Origin: Lytechinus pictus
Lineage: Eukaryota
Direction: 5' to 3'
Assembly (NCBI RefSeq): GCF_037042905.1
Contig: NC_087245.1
Coordinates: 9,550,001 to 9,614,000 of the forward strand
Length of the DNA stretch: 64,000 bases
Below the pieces are notes generated by a model that was given only the letters and a program-made list of their open reading frames with translations, searched no databases and was not told the origin of the DNA. A program made the position numbers and the translations under genes. Below are positions 22,574-37,745 of the stretch, piece after piece; position 1 is the first letter of the stretch, and each line of letters starts with the position of its first letter.

Positions 22574-22829
22574 ATGCTCTTTATAATTGTCGAGACAATC
22601 TTTGAGTCGAGACAAGTGGTCATATCCTTTTTTTCTTTTTTTTAGTAGCTGGGCCTCGAAAAAAATCTGAGAGTCAAAGTGGTCCTCGAGTAAAAAAAGG
22701 TTGAGGTTGAGAAGCACTGCCGTAGGTAGCCTCTTGTCGAGGCCCTGTCGGCTGCTTTTCGAGCGAACATGGCGAAGCAAGGGAGAGAGCGAAGCAGATC
22801 GCGTCGCCGCGAGACAGGCCATGCAGGCC

Positions 22830-25151
<2,322 letters not shown>

Positions 25152-25718
25152 TGCAGGCCATAATTCGATAAGAAATCCCTCGCTTCGCTCGGGAAGCAGC
25201 CGCCAGGGCCTCGACAAGAGGCTATGCCGTAGGGTACCCATGCGCCAATCGGCTCCTCCTTCCCAGCCGCCGCCTGCGAATATTTTTTCCGTACATGGAA
25301 ACGCTATGGTACATGAATTATTCATAAGTTGAGCTAAAAATCTGAAGTGCGCAGGCGCATGGACTAAACTAGTTCTGTAACTTCATCAATTTGTACATGA
25401 ACGAATGGACGAGCACACTCTTCCATCCCAATCTCCCCGCTTTCTCAAGTTTCGATTATCTTCCCTTATCTCCTGCAATCTCTCTCACTTCCTCTCTTTC
25501 ACACTGAATGTCCTCGCCACCCCTCCAATCTAAATTTCTGTTCCTTTCTCTAGTCAATTTCTCTGTCTCTTTTTTCTCCCCCTTGCATGCAATCTCTCTC
25601 TCTCCCCCTCTGTTTCTTTATGAAACATGACTGAATCGACTCCCATAATGTCCTCGCCACCCCCTCCTCTCCATCTATATAGTTTCACTCTCTCTCTCTC
25701 TCTCTTGCAATCTCTCCC

Positions 25719-26269
25719 CCCGGGGGGGCCACTTCCATTCACGAGTGGATACCATGCGCGACCATGGGGTCTCGAAAAACACCCTAAACACGTAATTTCC
25801 ATATTCTGAAAATGCGCCCCTTAACAAGTATTGGCGTGTGAAACCCTACCCTTAACAAGTATTGGTAACAAAACGATACTCTTGGCAAATGTTCCCTGAA
25901 ATGAACCCCTAAACAAGTACAGGAATGTTTTATTGTTACGGGTCCTTCGGTCGTCGGCTTTACCTTATTTGGTTTAGTACGACCCCACCTTCTACACCTC
26001 GCGCAAATCGGACTCTAAACACGAAGTGTTGGGGCAAAAAGGACATCCTTTATAAAACATTTTAATTTTGTTTTATCATCCCCGCGAATTCGACCCTAAA
26101 CACGTAACTTTCCTAGCGAAATAGATACCCTTTTTTCATTATTTTTGTGTTTTTGACACCCTTATCACGTTACGTACGTAACGTGCCCTATCGTGAAAAA
26201 GACATCCTTTTTACGTGTTTTTTTGGTCGCGCATGGTATCCACTCGTCAATGTAAGTGGCCCCCCCGGG
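25719..26269. mobile_element. MITE with CCCGGG termini and 8-bp TSD
   Basis: About 45-bp TIRs CCCGGGGGGGCCACTT..GAGTGGATACCATGCGCGACC; TSD TCTCTCCC; partial second copy at about 48145-48315. Confidence 0.85.
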
Positions 26270-26857
26270 TCTCTCCCCTTCTATCCCATCTCGCCTTTTC
26301 CCTCAATCCACCCTCGCGCCCCGCTCAAATGTGTCGATATACTCTTAATATACAGCTAAATATTCGCACAGCTGAAGTTTTCCTCAACTGTCAAGAAAAC
26401 CACGGGTTTCTCATGCACTCTGGTTATTATTTTCCATCGCTATATTGGTTACACAATCTGACTCTATCACGTTGTTCGATTTGTTTTTCATATTCAATAA
26501 AAAGGTTATTGTGCAAATCTAAACCTACACAAGTCACATAATATTATACGCTATACTTGCACGCAGTTTAAGTCGTGTAATCTTCCAGGTATGAAGCCCT
26601 TTTCATTCATTTTGCTTTTACATGACGTAGTTGATTAATTTGTCATCCTTAACTCCAAGTGCTACCATTAGATTTTACTTTTTATTGAAAATTATAAGTA
26701 GTCTTCGTGATTTTTATTTTGTCTTTTTGAAAAATTATAGGCCTATTTTTTGTATCGTTCTATTTTTTGTTGTCCTTTGTTTTTTGTATTTGTGGACATG
26801 TAACAGGGCCCTATAGGTGAACAGTCTGCAGGCTATATACCCTGTATAAACAGGACT

Positions 26858-26868
26858 TGATAATAATG

Positions 26869-26914
<46 letters not shown>

Positions 26915-27005
26915 TAATAACAATGATAATAATGATAACGATAATGATAATAATAATAATGATAATAATAATAGTAACAACGATAACAATATCAATAATA
27001 ATAAC
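26858..27005. repeat. (AAT)n microsatellite
   Basis: Direct reading. Confidence 0.95.
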
Positions 27006-27163
27006 AAGAAGAAGAAGAATATGGATGATAGCCAAAAAATAATAGTGCACTACTGATAATGTAGGGATGTATTTTCATTCTTGGGGGCATGTGGGGGGGG
27101 GGTCGTTTCACATGTAGGCCCCCAACTGACTATCTGCTGACCAAGTGAAGAAATAATTGTTCC

Positions 27164-27939
27164 CAGTGGAGGCACCAGGATTTTCATACGGGGGGGGGGG
27201 GGGCAAAGGCGGTCATGAATTTTTTTTGCCTGTTTCACAAAATCGTGAGCGCGCGCGAAGCATGCACTAGCTAACATTTCTAATATAGGCACTACTGACT
27301 GGAAAATGGACATGTTAAGAACTGTAAAGATGATATCTCTCCAATATATAATGCGAGTGCCAAGCGCTTGCTAAAAAAGATCCTGATATGATAACTTGAC
27401 TTTATTTAAGCACTTTTTGCAACCATGATCAGGATGGGTATCTCACTAAACAATGGATGCCAGCGCGTAGCTGAAAATGTTTAACATTCACTTCAGCAAT
27501 TTGTTTTTAATTATGAACATGCAGGATGCCTATCTTGCTAAAACAACTAATAAAAACTCGAATCTCTAGAGAAAGAATTTGTGCAAATCGACTTGAAAAC
27601 TGGATTTAAAGTCCCATGTTATCCTATTGAGCGCATTTATTTATCTCAATCGACAGCCACTGCGAGCGCGAAGCGCGACGAAATTTTGAATTTTATATAA
27701 TGACCTGAAAGATTTGTGTTTAATAGAGACTAATCTTGTTGGGAGCTATCAGTGGCATGATGACAAAATTTCAATATTTGAAGGGTAAAAAATGTTGCTT
27801 TTGGAGCACTTTGTAGCTTGAGTATATGATGTTTATGATAGCATTTACTTCATTTTTTCTCCAGTTTTCCCAAATTTAGGGGGAGGGGCAACGATCTTGA
27901 CTTGGGGGCAAATGCCCCCCCCCCTTGGTACCGCCACTG
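27164..27939. mobile_element. hAT-like MITE
   Basis: Ends CAGTGGAGGCACCA / TGGTACCGCCACTG; imperfect TSD ATTGTTCC/ATTGTTTT. Confidence 0.65.
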
Positions 27940-29070
27940 ATTGTTTTACTGATAAAGTGGTTGGTTATATCAAATAGCTATACCAAAATCACAAAAGTTT
28001 AACAACAGGGACAGATATAGCCTGCCCTTTATATAAAGGATAGACCTAGCAAGCCTTCTTTTATAAAACTAAAACAATATTAAGTTTAATAAACACCCCC
28101 CCCGAAAAAAAACCAAACAAACAAATAAACAAACAAAAACAATCCATAATGGCTTTACAGTAGGTCTTTATTATGATGGACGTTTTTATGTTACGCAATG
28201 TCCAATATAATTATAAAAATTCGCAAGTTCATTATCATTTTGGTTGTAACTATTCAGAGAACCTTTAATTCCTCACTCAGTCTTTGACAGAAAATGACTT
28301 CACACTTTTTATCATTTTTGATATCGATATGATCAGAGGTTAATTTCAAGCCTTGCCATGTTTTAGGATATTATATCTTCATGAATTTTATCTGGCAAAT
28401 AGCTCTAAAATTTTGTATGCAATATCTCAAGCATTCAATTTATGCAATGGATGGTTTTGCAATAATTATGTATATATTGTTATTTCATGTTAACAGGACC
28501 ATGCTGAAAAACAGTCATTCTGAGCTTGTTATCCTGTATAAAGATATTTTGATAAATAAATGAATAAATTCTGATTGTTTTTATTCTTATTTTGGTCCAA
28601 CAATTTACATAATTTCTACAGGCATAGACGAAATAAGAATATCAAGTTTCATTAACTGATAGGTTCAGAGATAACGCTCTAGCAATGTTGTCTCTCCTGT
28701 CTAGCTCATGTTTTGTCTTTCCTCTCTCACCATGCATAGTAACCATACACACTTAAAATGTTGGGCAACATACTGTCCGCTGTGTTGGGTAATGTGTGTT
28801 GGTAAAAAATATTCTGGGCAATTATTATCTAACTGAACACAATTATTACCCAATTATTAGTTTTTATTACCCATTCGACATTGAAGCTTCCATCCTTTTT
28901 TTGGGGGGGGGGTGTGCATGGGCACCGCTGTTGCTCCTTGGGATAGCTTTTGACATATTTAGTGTGGTATGTCACTGACACAGCTTCCGTAGGACTTTCG
29001 TGCCAAAATTGATTTTTTTTTGTTTTGGCTTCAATAGGGTCCCTTTAGACCAAAAATGATGGGGTTCAAA

Positions 29071-32000
29071 TTTCAGACCCCTCCTTCGCTTCGTGGGGGT
29101 CCTTTTTGGCGCCATATTGGCCTGTACAAAGCCCATTATAGGATAATCCATTGTTTTCAACCTTATATCTCACTTTTCTTCGCCAATTTTATTTTTAAGT
29201 TGTCTGAGGTGTATAAGAATGAATATTTGATGATGTTGTGGTGTCAATGTTTTTTCACTTTTACCATATGGGGCGGAATTTGCGAAAAATGCCCCAAAAT
29301 TGTAAAATATAACCCCCAAAATGTTATTTTCCCCTTTTTTCGGCACTAGAATTAGGACAAAAGGATTACAAAATGAAATGAATATGTCTTGTTATACAAT
29401 CCAATAACAAAGGAATATATCACATGTAATTTACGTCATTATTTTTGGTCAATTGATGTAAAAATCAACCCCATTTCAGGATTTTATGCAGTGAAAACCT
29501 TATTACAACACTAGATGGCGCCATAAGTTATTATAAGCACTTCCCTTAAAAAATATCGAATTCTAGGCACTGTAATTTTTTCAATGAATTTGAAAGCTGA
29601 CACATTTCAAGAGCAATTATTTCCAATGCCATTTTATACTATGGGCATTTAATTTGTTTTGATTCTAACCCCCAGCCCCCCCCCCCTGGGGGCACCCAAA
29701 TTGGCTGCTTAGGCTAAAAATCCACGATTCATTTTTCTTCCTGACTTAAGTGGCCTTAATTTGGTTTCTATTCAAAGGTTTTTAAGGGTGAAGAAGTATA
29801 TCCGGAAAAGTTACAAGGACAGCAAGTGGTCTCGTGAGCCCAGAAATCCAAGATGGCTTCCAAAAATGGAGTTTAAAATGGCTGTTGATACTTTAAATGG
29901 ATATAGCACATTTTATATCAACCTGAGATAAATGGAATTGGTGTCTAGACCATGGTTTCAATGATCAATATTGGGACAAGTTACAAGGGCAGTCAGTGGT
30001 TCGGTATGTTGAAAAATCCAAGATGGCTTCCAAAAATGGAGTTTGAAATTGCTGTTGCTGCTTTAAAAAACCGATATAGTTTATTAAATATCCGGGAATA
30101 TGATTTGTTGTGTCTACCATGGTTAAATGGGTCAAATAAGACATTAGAATAAGTTACAAGGAGAGTCGTTGGTCAAGTATGTTAAACAATGGAGTATAAA
30201 ATAGCTACTGTTATTTACAAATTGACATGCAATATCCATCAAGGATATGGTTTTGATGTCTAAACCATGATTTTTTAAAGTCAGAAAATTAGTTACAAGC
30301 GTTGGAGCTAGGCCCAGTGGATTAGTCTTCTGACTTTGAAACAGAGGGTCGTGGGTTCGAATCCAGCCATGGCATAATTTCCTTCTGCAAGAAATCTATC
30401 CACATTGTACTGCACTCAATCCAGGTGAGGTAAATGGGTACCCGGTAGGAATAAATTCATTGAATGCTTGAGCGCCTAGGCAGCCCATCTAAAGCATGGG
30501 TAATAATAATAGCAGGGCCCGCTGGGAGAACAGTTTTCAGAACTGAAGTGGCTTCCTTAGGTAAATATACCTATATTATTTATATTATTATATTGTAACA
30601 AGGACAGTCAGTGGTCTTTGTCGAAAAATCCAAGATGGCGTCAAGAAATCTGAGTCTAAAGTGACTACTGTTATTTAAAAATGGACATAGTTTTTTTATA
30701 ATCCACCAAGGACATATGATTTTGGTGTCCACTCAATGGTTTCATGATTAAAATGATACATGTTACTTTCGACTGGTTACAAAGATTATGCACTTGTTTT
30801 GCCTAAAAATCCAAGAGAGTTTTCAAAATGGCATCTAAAACGACTCCTATCACTCAATAATGGTCAGAGTTTATACAATATTAATCTGTGAGAAATAATG
30901 TTTGTGTCTACATGGTGGTATAAAGGGTCAGATAATACAGTCGACAAGTAACAAGGATATTTAGTTGTCCATTTCGTCCAAAAATCCGTGGTAGATTAAA
31001 AGAATTCATCAAATTGGTGCTGTTACAAACTCATGAATCAATATGATAACTTATCTCATACATTTAAGTGTAGGTACCAAAATATTTCTCATAGTTGGAT
31101 ATTGTATGAATATATATCCACTTTTAAGTAACAATAGTCATTTTTAGAACCCATTTTTGGAAGCCAACTTGGATTTCAAGGCAAAATGGATAACTGCATA
31201 ATCATTGTAACCAGTCCTTAAGTATTTTTAACCCTTGAAATACTAGTGTAGACACCAAAATAATATCCCCAGGTGTATGTTTAATGTTCTACATCCACTT
31301 CTAATAACAGCAGTCATTTAAGACCCCATTCTTTAAAGCAATCTTGGATGTTTGGACAAACTTGACACTCGACTGTTCTTTCAACTTGACACAATATATT
31401 ACTTGATCCTTTAAACTCTAGTGTAGACACCAAAATCAAATCCACAATGTGCATTTTTAATGAAATATGTCTACTTTTAAGAACCACATTCAATTTAGAC
31501 CCTGCATTTTGGAGGCCATATCGCATTTTTTGACATACCAGACCACTGACTGCCCCTATTAACTTGTCCTAATGTATAATTTGACCCTTAAAACCAGTGG
31601 TTTAGACACCAACATGACATCTCCCAGCCCGATATGAAATGAACTATGTCCGCTTCAAGTATCAGCAGCCATTTTAAGATCAATTTTTGGAATTCATCTT
31701 GGATTTATGGACATACTAGACCACTGACTGTCCTTGTAACATATCCTTATGTATTACTTGACCCTTGAAACCAGAGGTTTAAAGTTAAACATCGAAATCA
31801 CATTTCCCTGGTCGATATGCAATCAGCTATGTCTGATTTAAGTTTTAGCAGCCATTTCAGAATAAATTTTGTTGAATCCATCATGGATTTTTGGACCCAC
31901 CAGACCACTCACTGTCCTTGTAACTTTTTCCAATTTACTACTTCACCCTTAAAATCATTGAATTGAAACCAAATTGTGGATTTTTAGCACACGCCAGCCA

Positions 32001-33573
32001 TTTTTGATGCCATCTTGGATTTTCCAGGTACACTGGAGTCCTTATATTCACTCTACCCCGTATCAACAAATTATTTTACCTCCTAGACCATGGAGTATGA
32101 AACCAAATAGGATTCGAAGGTGGATAATGAGTGAGTCGTATTCATTAATTTTCAGTGAATGGTGGCCATCTTGGATGCTATCTTAAAAATAACCACTTTC
32201 CCTGATGCGGATTTTGGTAGATTTGTAGTATATTATTCCTGAGGTCAAATAGTACTAAAAACTGTTGAAAAACAATTTGTTGCATTTTTTCCGGGTAAGG
32301 GTATTTTTGGATGCTATCTTGAAAATAACCACTTTCCCTGATGCAGATTTTGGTAGATTTTTTGTATATTATTCCTGAGGTCAAATAGTACTAAACACTG
32401 TTAAAAACAATTTGTTGCACTTATTCCGGGTAAATGTATTTTTGGTCGTACATGTACTTTGAATGGTCTATAGGCCTAGCTACCTTACAAATTGAGGCAC
32501 AAAGCAAGTGTGTAAGTTCGGAAGTTCTCTAAATCTTGTGAAGGTCAATGAATAAAACATTAAATATTATTTCAATACAATATTATGTGCATGTGTGTGT
32601 GGGGGGAGCCATAAAAATATGGTTTATGTAATTCTTTCTATCTATCAGTAATTGGAAATGAGCCGAGAAGTAATTGAGTCCTTGTATCGTAAATTGTACT
32701 CTACTGGTACGAGTGGCCGAATGGTGAAAGTTGCATATGCCAGTCAGTGGGGAGGGGGGGGGGTGGGGATACGGTTGGTAGGATGGTCATCTAACTGGAA
32801 GTCTTCAGATATAAGCATCCTAGCTGTCTAGGGATGATAAAATACCACAAAACAATTCAATTTTTTTAACCAGGCGAAAAATTGCTTATACACCTGATTT
32901 TAGGGGGTCTTGATATAGGTGATCCCCCCCCCCCCCTCAGGCAGTGGGTGAGGGTCGGGAAAATTTAAACTCTATCACTTCTTGATAGATTGGACCCAAG
33001 TGAATTTAAAAAAAAATCGTTTTGGCACAAGAGTACAGGAGCTGTGTCATGACGCATACCGTACCACACCAAATCATCATGATAAGTTATGGCGCCATCT
33101 AGTGTTGTAGTAAGGTTTTCACATAGAGATGTATACATCTCTATGGGTTTTCACTGCATAAAATCCTGAAATCGGGTTGATTTTTACATCAATTGACCAA
33201 GAATAATCATATAAATTACATGTGATGTATTCTTCTGTTATTGGACTGTATAACAAGACATGTGCATTTCATTTTGTAATCTTTTTGTCCTAATTCTAGT
33301 GCCAAAAATAGGGAAAATTACAATTTTGGGGTAATATATTTTACAATTTTGGGGCATTTTTCGCAAAATCCGCCCCATTTGGTAATAGTGAAAAAACATT
33401 GACATCACAACATCATCAAATATTCATTCTTTTACACCTCAGACAACTTAAAAATAAAATTGGCGAAGAAAAGTGAGATATAAGGTTGAAAACAATGGAT
33501 TATCCTATTGGGCTTTGTACAGGCCAATATGGCACCAAAAAGGACCCCCACGAAGCGAAGGAGGGGTCTGAAA
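29071..33573. repeat. Foldback-like structure: about 460-bp inverted arms enclosing oppositely oriented tandem arrays
   Basis: 29071-29530 is the reverse complement of 33083-33573; internal about 165-bp units with AAATCCAAGATGG (29700-31000) face inverted units (31100-32000). Confidence 0.8.
30300..30593 (+). mobile_element. tRNA-derived SINE (tRNA-Gln-like head, CR1-group-like tail)
   Basis: A box, TTG anticodon loop, B box GGTTCGAATCC; interrupts a tandem unit of the foldback array. Confidence 0.8.
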
Positions 33574-34069
33574 ATATTAACTAATGGTAAAAATAGCGGT
33601 GTACTGAGATGGACGAACGCGTGGTGTCGATCAAAAACAAAAATTCATTTTCCAAAGACACTAAAATCATATCTTTGAAAGAGAAAGAGGAAGGCAATTC
33701 AGAGAACTTTACTTGGCTGACACGTTAGAGCATGGACCTATAGGTCCATGGTTAGAGTAAGGAACAGATATTTAGATGGGGGGTGTGGCGAGGACATTAT
33801 GCGCGTCAATTCGTTCATGGTTCATAAAGAAACAGAGAGAGTGTGATAAGAGATAGGAAGTGAGAGATTGCAAGAGAGAAGGATATCGAAACTTGAGAAA
33901 GCGGGGAGATTGGGATGGAAGAGTGTGCTCGTCCATTCGTTCATGTACAAATTGATGAAGTTACAGAACTAGTCAATGCGCCTGCGCACTTCAGTTTTTT
34001 AGCTCAACTTATGAATAATTCATATACCGGTACCATAGCGTTTCCATATGTACGGAAAAAAATTGGGGG

Positions 34070-36066
34070 CCCGCCCGCGAAATTATTTTTCCCACCGAGT
34101 TCTGGACCAACATATGAATATTCATGACTTGCGTCTTCGGATTGAGAGTACGCATGAATTAGCATCGTCAAATTACCGGTACCCTTAGCCTTATAGGCTT
34201 AGATCTATATATACATCCAATTCTTAAACACTTATCAAACTAGCTGCCATTAATGGCAAGACATGTGCTAGGGTAGGGCTAGCTTAGGCTAGCGCATTAA
34301 CTTTACCTCAAATCTGGACCTGTATAATGCATAATACTAATAGGAATAGCCGACTAATGCCATGGTTAACTTAGAACTTGTTAATTCCGAACTTTAATTG
34401 ATTAGATTCCTATCCTGTTCATATTCTTTATAAGGCGCTATGAATGTCCAGTTGTTAGGTTGGAAAATAAAAAACTTTCAGCTCCCGCTTCGCGCTCGCA
34501 TTCATTGTTTAGATTCTTATTCCGTTCATTATTAAGTGCTAAGAATTTCCAGTTTTTAGGTTGGAAATCAAAAGCTTTCAGCTCGCGCTTCACGCTCGCA
34601 TTAATTGTTTAGTTTCCTATCTTGTTCATATTCTTTTTAAAGTGCTATGAATGTCCAGTATTTAGGCTGGAAAATAAAAAACTTTCAGCTCGCGCTCGCA
34701 TCTATTATTTAGTTAAATTCCTATTCTGTTCATGATTTGAAAAAGTGTTACAAATGTTCAGTTTTTAGATACTTCCTATCCTGTTCTTAATTTGAAAAAT
34801 CGTTACGAATGTCCAGTTTTTAGGTTGGAAAATAAATATTAGCTTATTTGCCATGGTTTAATAATTATGTCTAGTCCGTATACTAAACCAGTCCTAGATC
34901 TAAAATTTTTTTATCTTAGTTCTAGTCTAGTCTCTATATCTAGACTCTGAGTACGCTGTATCAGCATGGAACCACTAGTGTACCAATGGGGGGGGGGGGG
35001 GGAGACTGTCCCTCTGACGAGTCACAACTGACTCAGGGGACGTGCCCCCTTTGAGATGCCAAATTAATAATTTGTAATGTAAAAATGCAATGAAAAAGAC
35101 GTATGTCCCCTTTTTTTAACGTGAAGATCTTTTTTTTTTTTTTTTGCTTGTCAATTTTTTTTTCAGCTAAGACATCCATAATTTGGGGTGAAGATCCTTT
35201 TTTTTGGGGGGGGGGCTTGTCACATTTTTTCGCGGACGAAATATCCTCTAAAAAATTTGCCCCCTTTTGGAAAATCCTAGGTACACCAGTGCGTGCATGG
35301 AACGTATTCTAACGTCAGGCACAAATTAACGTCAGTGATCTTGATCCCCGTCTTCACCCAAAATTAAGGATTTCGTAGCTGAAAAAATTTTGACAAGAAA
35401 AAAAAAAGATCTTCACGTTCAAAAGAGGGGACATACGTCTTTTACATTACAAATTATTAATTTGGCTTCTCAAGGGGGGGGCACGTCCCCTGGATCAGTT
35501 GTGACTCGTCAGGGGGGCAGTCTGCCCCCCCCCCCCTTTGGTACACTAGTGGTTCCATGCTGATAGCGCGTAGATCAGAGTCTAGATCTAGAGACTAGAC
35601 TAGAACTAAGATATTTATTTTAGATCTAGGACTGGTTCTGTATACGGACTAGACATATTAAACCATGGTAAATAAGCTAATATTGGTCCAAACCTAATCA
35701 AACGTAAAGTTCGGAATTAACAAGTTCGAAGTTAACCATGGCATTAGTCGGCTATTCCTATTAGTATTAGGCATAAGACAGGTCCAGATTTGAGGTAAAG
35801 TTAATGCGCTAGCCTAAGCTAGCCCTACCCTAGCACATGTCTTGCCATTAATGGCAGCAAGTTTGATGTGTTTAAGAATTTGATGTAAATATAGATCTAA
35901 GCCTATAAGGCCTATGTAACTATGTAAGGGTACCGGTAATTTGACGATGCTAATTCATTCTGAGCAACGTGAAGTCCACGCGCATGCGTACTCTCAATCC
36001 GAAGACGCAAGTCATGAATATTCATATGTTGGTCCAGAACTCGGTGGGAAAAATAATTTCGCGGCC
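34070..36066. repeat. About 2-kb imperfect inverted duplication
   Basis: 34075-34396 pairs with 35706-36062 and 34836-35195 pairs with 35350-35683; left arm has an extra repeat block 34397-34835. Confidence 0.85.
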
Positions 36067-36382
36067 CGCCCCGCCCGGTGCTTGTGGGCGCAAGCCCGCC
36101 GCGGCGCGCCGGCCGACTATATACGGTTCGCGTGTTCGGGTTAGAATAGTGCCGCAACGCAGAACAACTGAGCTGAGCTCATGCAGAGAAAAAGAAGAAA
36201 CGACGTCAGAAGTCTAACGACAAAGTTTAATAATATTCAGATTTTGAAGGCAAAACATTGACACGGCAATTGAATAAGGAACACTCCATTTGTATGATTC
36301 TGCTGCTAGTTTATGTTTGACAGGCAGTTTCAAGTGTTGTTTTATTTCTCCAGCTCCGAGTTTTTTGTAACTACCGGTAAGT
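36060..36382 (+). promoter_or_regulatory. Candidate promoter / non-coding first exon of the ACOT/BAAT-like gene
   Basis: CpG-rich GC boxes (CCCGCCCC), CRE-like GACGTCA near 36202, consensus donor G|GTAAGT at 36376/36377; the first coding exon has an acceptor upstream of its ATG, so a 5' exon is expected. Confidence 0.35.
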
Positions 36383-36844
36383 CGAAGTCCGAACTTAAAC
36401 TTTAAAGTTAAAATCGAAATCACTAACCCAGACTCGGATCAGAAAGGATACTTTGCTTTGCAATGCTGCGAAGTATGATGAATATGACTTCGAGTTTGTG
36501 GGATAGAGGTGTCGATTTTGATGCGGTTTTTTTTTAATGTGTGTTTTTTAAAAGCACATTTGCTCTAACAAAAGTGCTGATAATTTGAAACAACCCCCAA
36601 TTTTTACTGTGCACACCTAACTTAGTTAGCCTTGGCTTGAAGTTGAGATATTTTTTAATAATTTGACATATACTCAGGGCTCCACACTAACCCTTTTTTT
36701 CTACAGGTCCAACCTATTCATGTCGGACCAGTTTTTTACTGGTCCGAAAGCAAGTCCGAACCTAAATTCTACTGGTCCCAAAAAATAAAGAAAACATTTA
36801 AAAAAGGCGCGAGTTTATTTTGCTGTCCTTGTTACCCCCCCCCC

Positions 36845-37420
36845 AAAAAAAAAAAAAAAATGAAGGAATGAAAGACAAAAAGAAAGCAAGACAGAAAGAA
36901 AGAAAAGAAGGAAGAAAAAAGAAAATATAAAGAAAGGATAGATGTGAAGGAAGAAAAAAAAGAAAGAACTAAAGAAGGAAAGGAAAGAATTAAAGAACAA
37001 AAATAAGAAAGAAAGAAATGAAGCCAGCAATAAAGAAAGAAAGAACAAAAGACAGAAAGTAGTGAAGGAAAGAAAGAAGAAGCAATAAAAAAGGAAGGGT
37101 AAAAGGAGAGATGGAAAGAAGGAAAAAAGAAAGAGAGGAAGGAAGAAAGGAATTAAAGAAGAAATAAAGAAAAGGTAAAATTATAGATAGAAGGAAAAAA
37201 GAATGAAGGAAAGAAATAAATAAAGTAGGATGGGAAGGAAGGAAGCAATATAAAAAATAAAGAAAAGGTAAAAGAATAGATGAAAGGAAGAAAAAAAAGA
37301 CTTGAGAGACAAAGAAAGGAATTAATTAAGGAAAGAAAGAACGAAAGAAGAAAGGAGAGAAAGTAAGCAAGCAGTTAAAAAAAAGAAAGAAGGAAAAGGT
37401 ATAAGGATAGATTGAATGAA
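36845..37420. repeat. Polypurine (A/G) low-complexity tract
   Basis: Almost exclusively A/G on the plus strand. Confidence 0.9.
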
Positions 37421-37745
37421 GCCTAATGCGTATAAAGGGATAAAAATTCACTATAAATGGTAAAAATGAGACGTTTCTTACCAGACCGATCTCTTGTAGA
37501 TCCCTCGATCCGTTTGTCAACAAAGCAAATACAATAGACCTGACCCTTGAACCGCTTCGTTATGACGTACATCCGATTTGCGATGCCGTTTTGAAAAACA
37601 ATTTATAGATAAAAATTATTATTTCACAAATACTAAAATTTAATACGTGATTATAAATAATTAGTAGTGTTATACTAATTATTTATAATCACGTATTAAA
37701 TTTTAGTATATATTTTTTTGTCTAATAATAATTTTTATCTATATG

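Larger units (their letters stand above)
18703..22719 (+). mobile_element. Non-autonomous hAT Charlie/Buster-like element with decayed BED-finger transposase fragment
   Basis: TIRs CAGCGCTTCTCAACC / GGTTGAGAAGCACTG; 19170-19330 encodes frameshifted RKYDPEYIKFGF..CVECAE..SNKALKPSELQRHLNTKHP; both ends match the copy at 58713-59923. Confidence 0.85.

Noticed and set aside
29700..32000. CRISPR-like regularly spaced repeats
   Set aside because: Eukaryotic context, whole units are homologous with no unique spacers, and there are no cas genes.
36675..36800. P-like terminus CAGGGCTCCACACTAAC as a fifth nesting level
   Set aside because: No matching opposite end or TSD found in the window.
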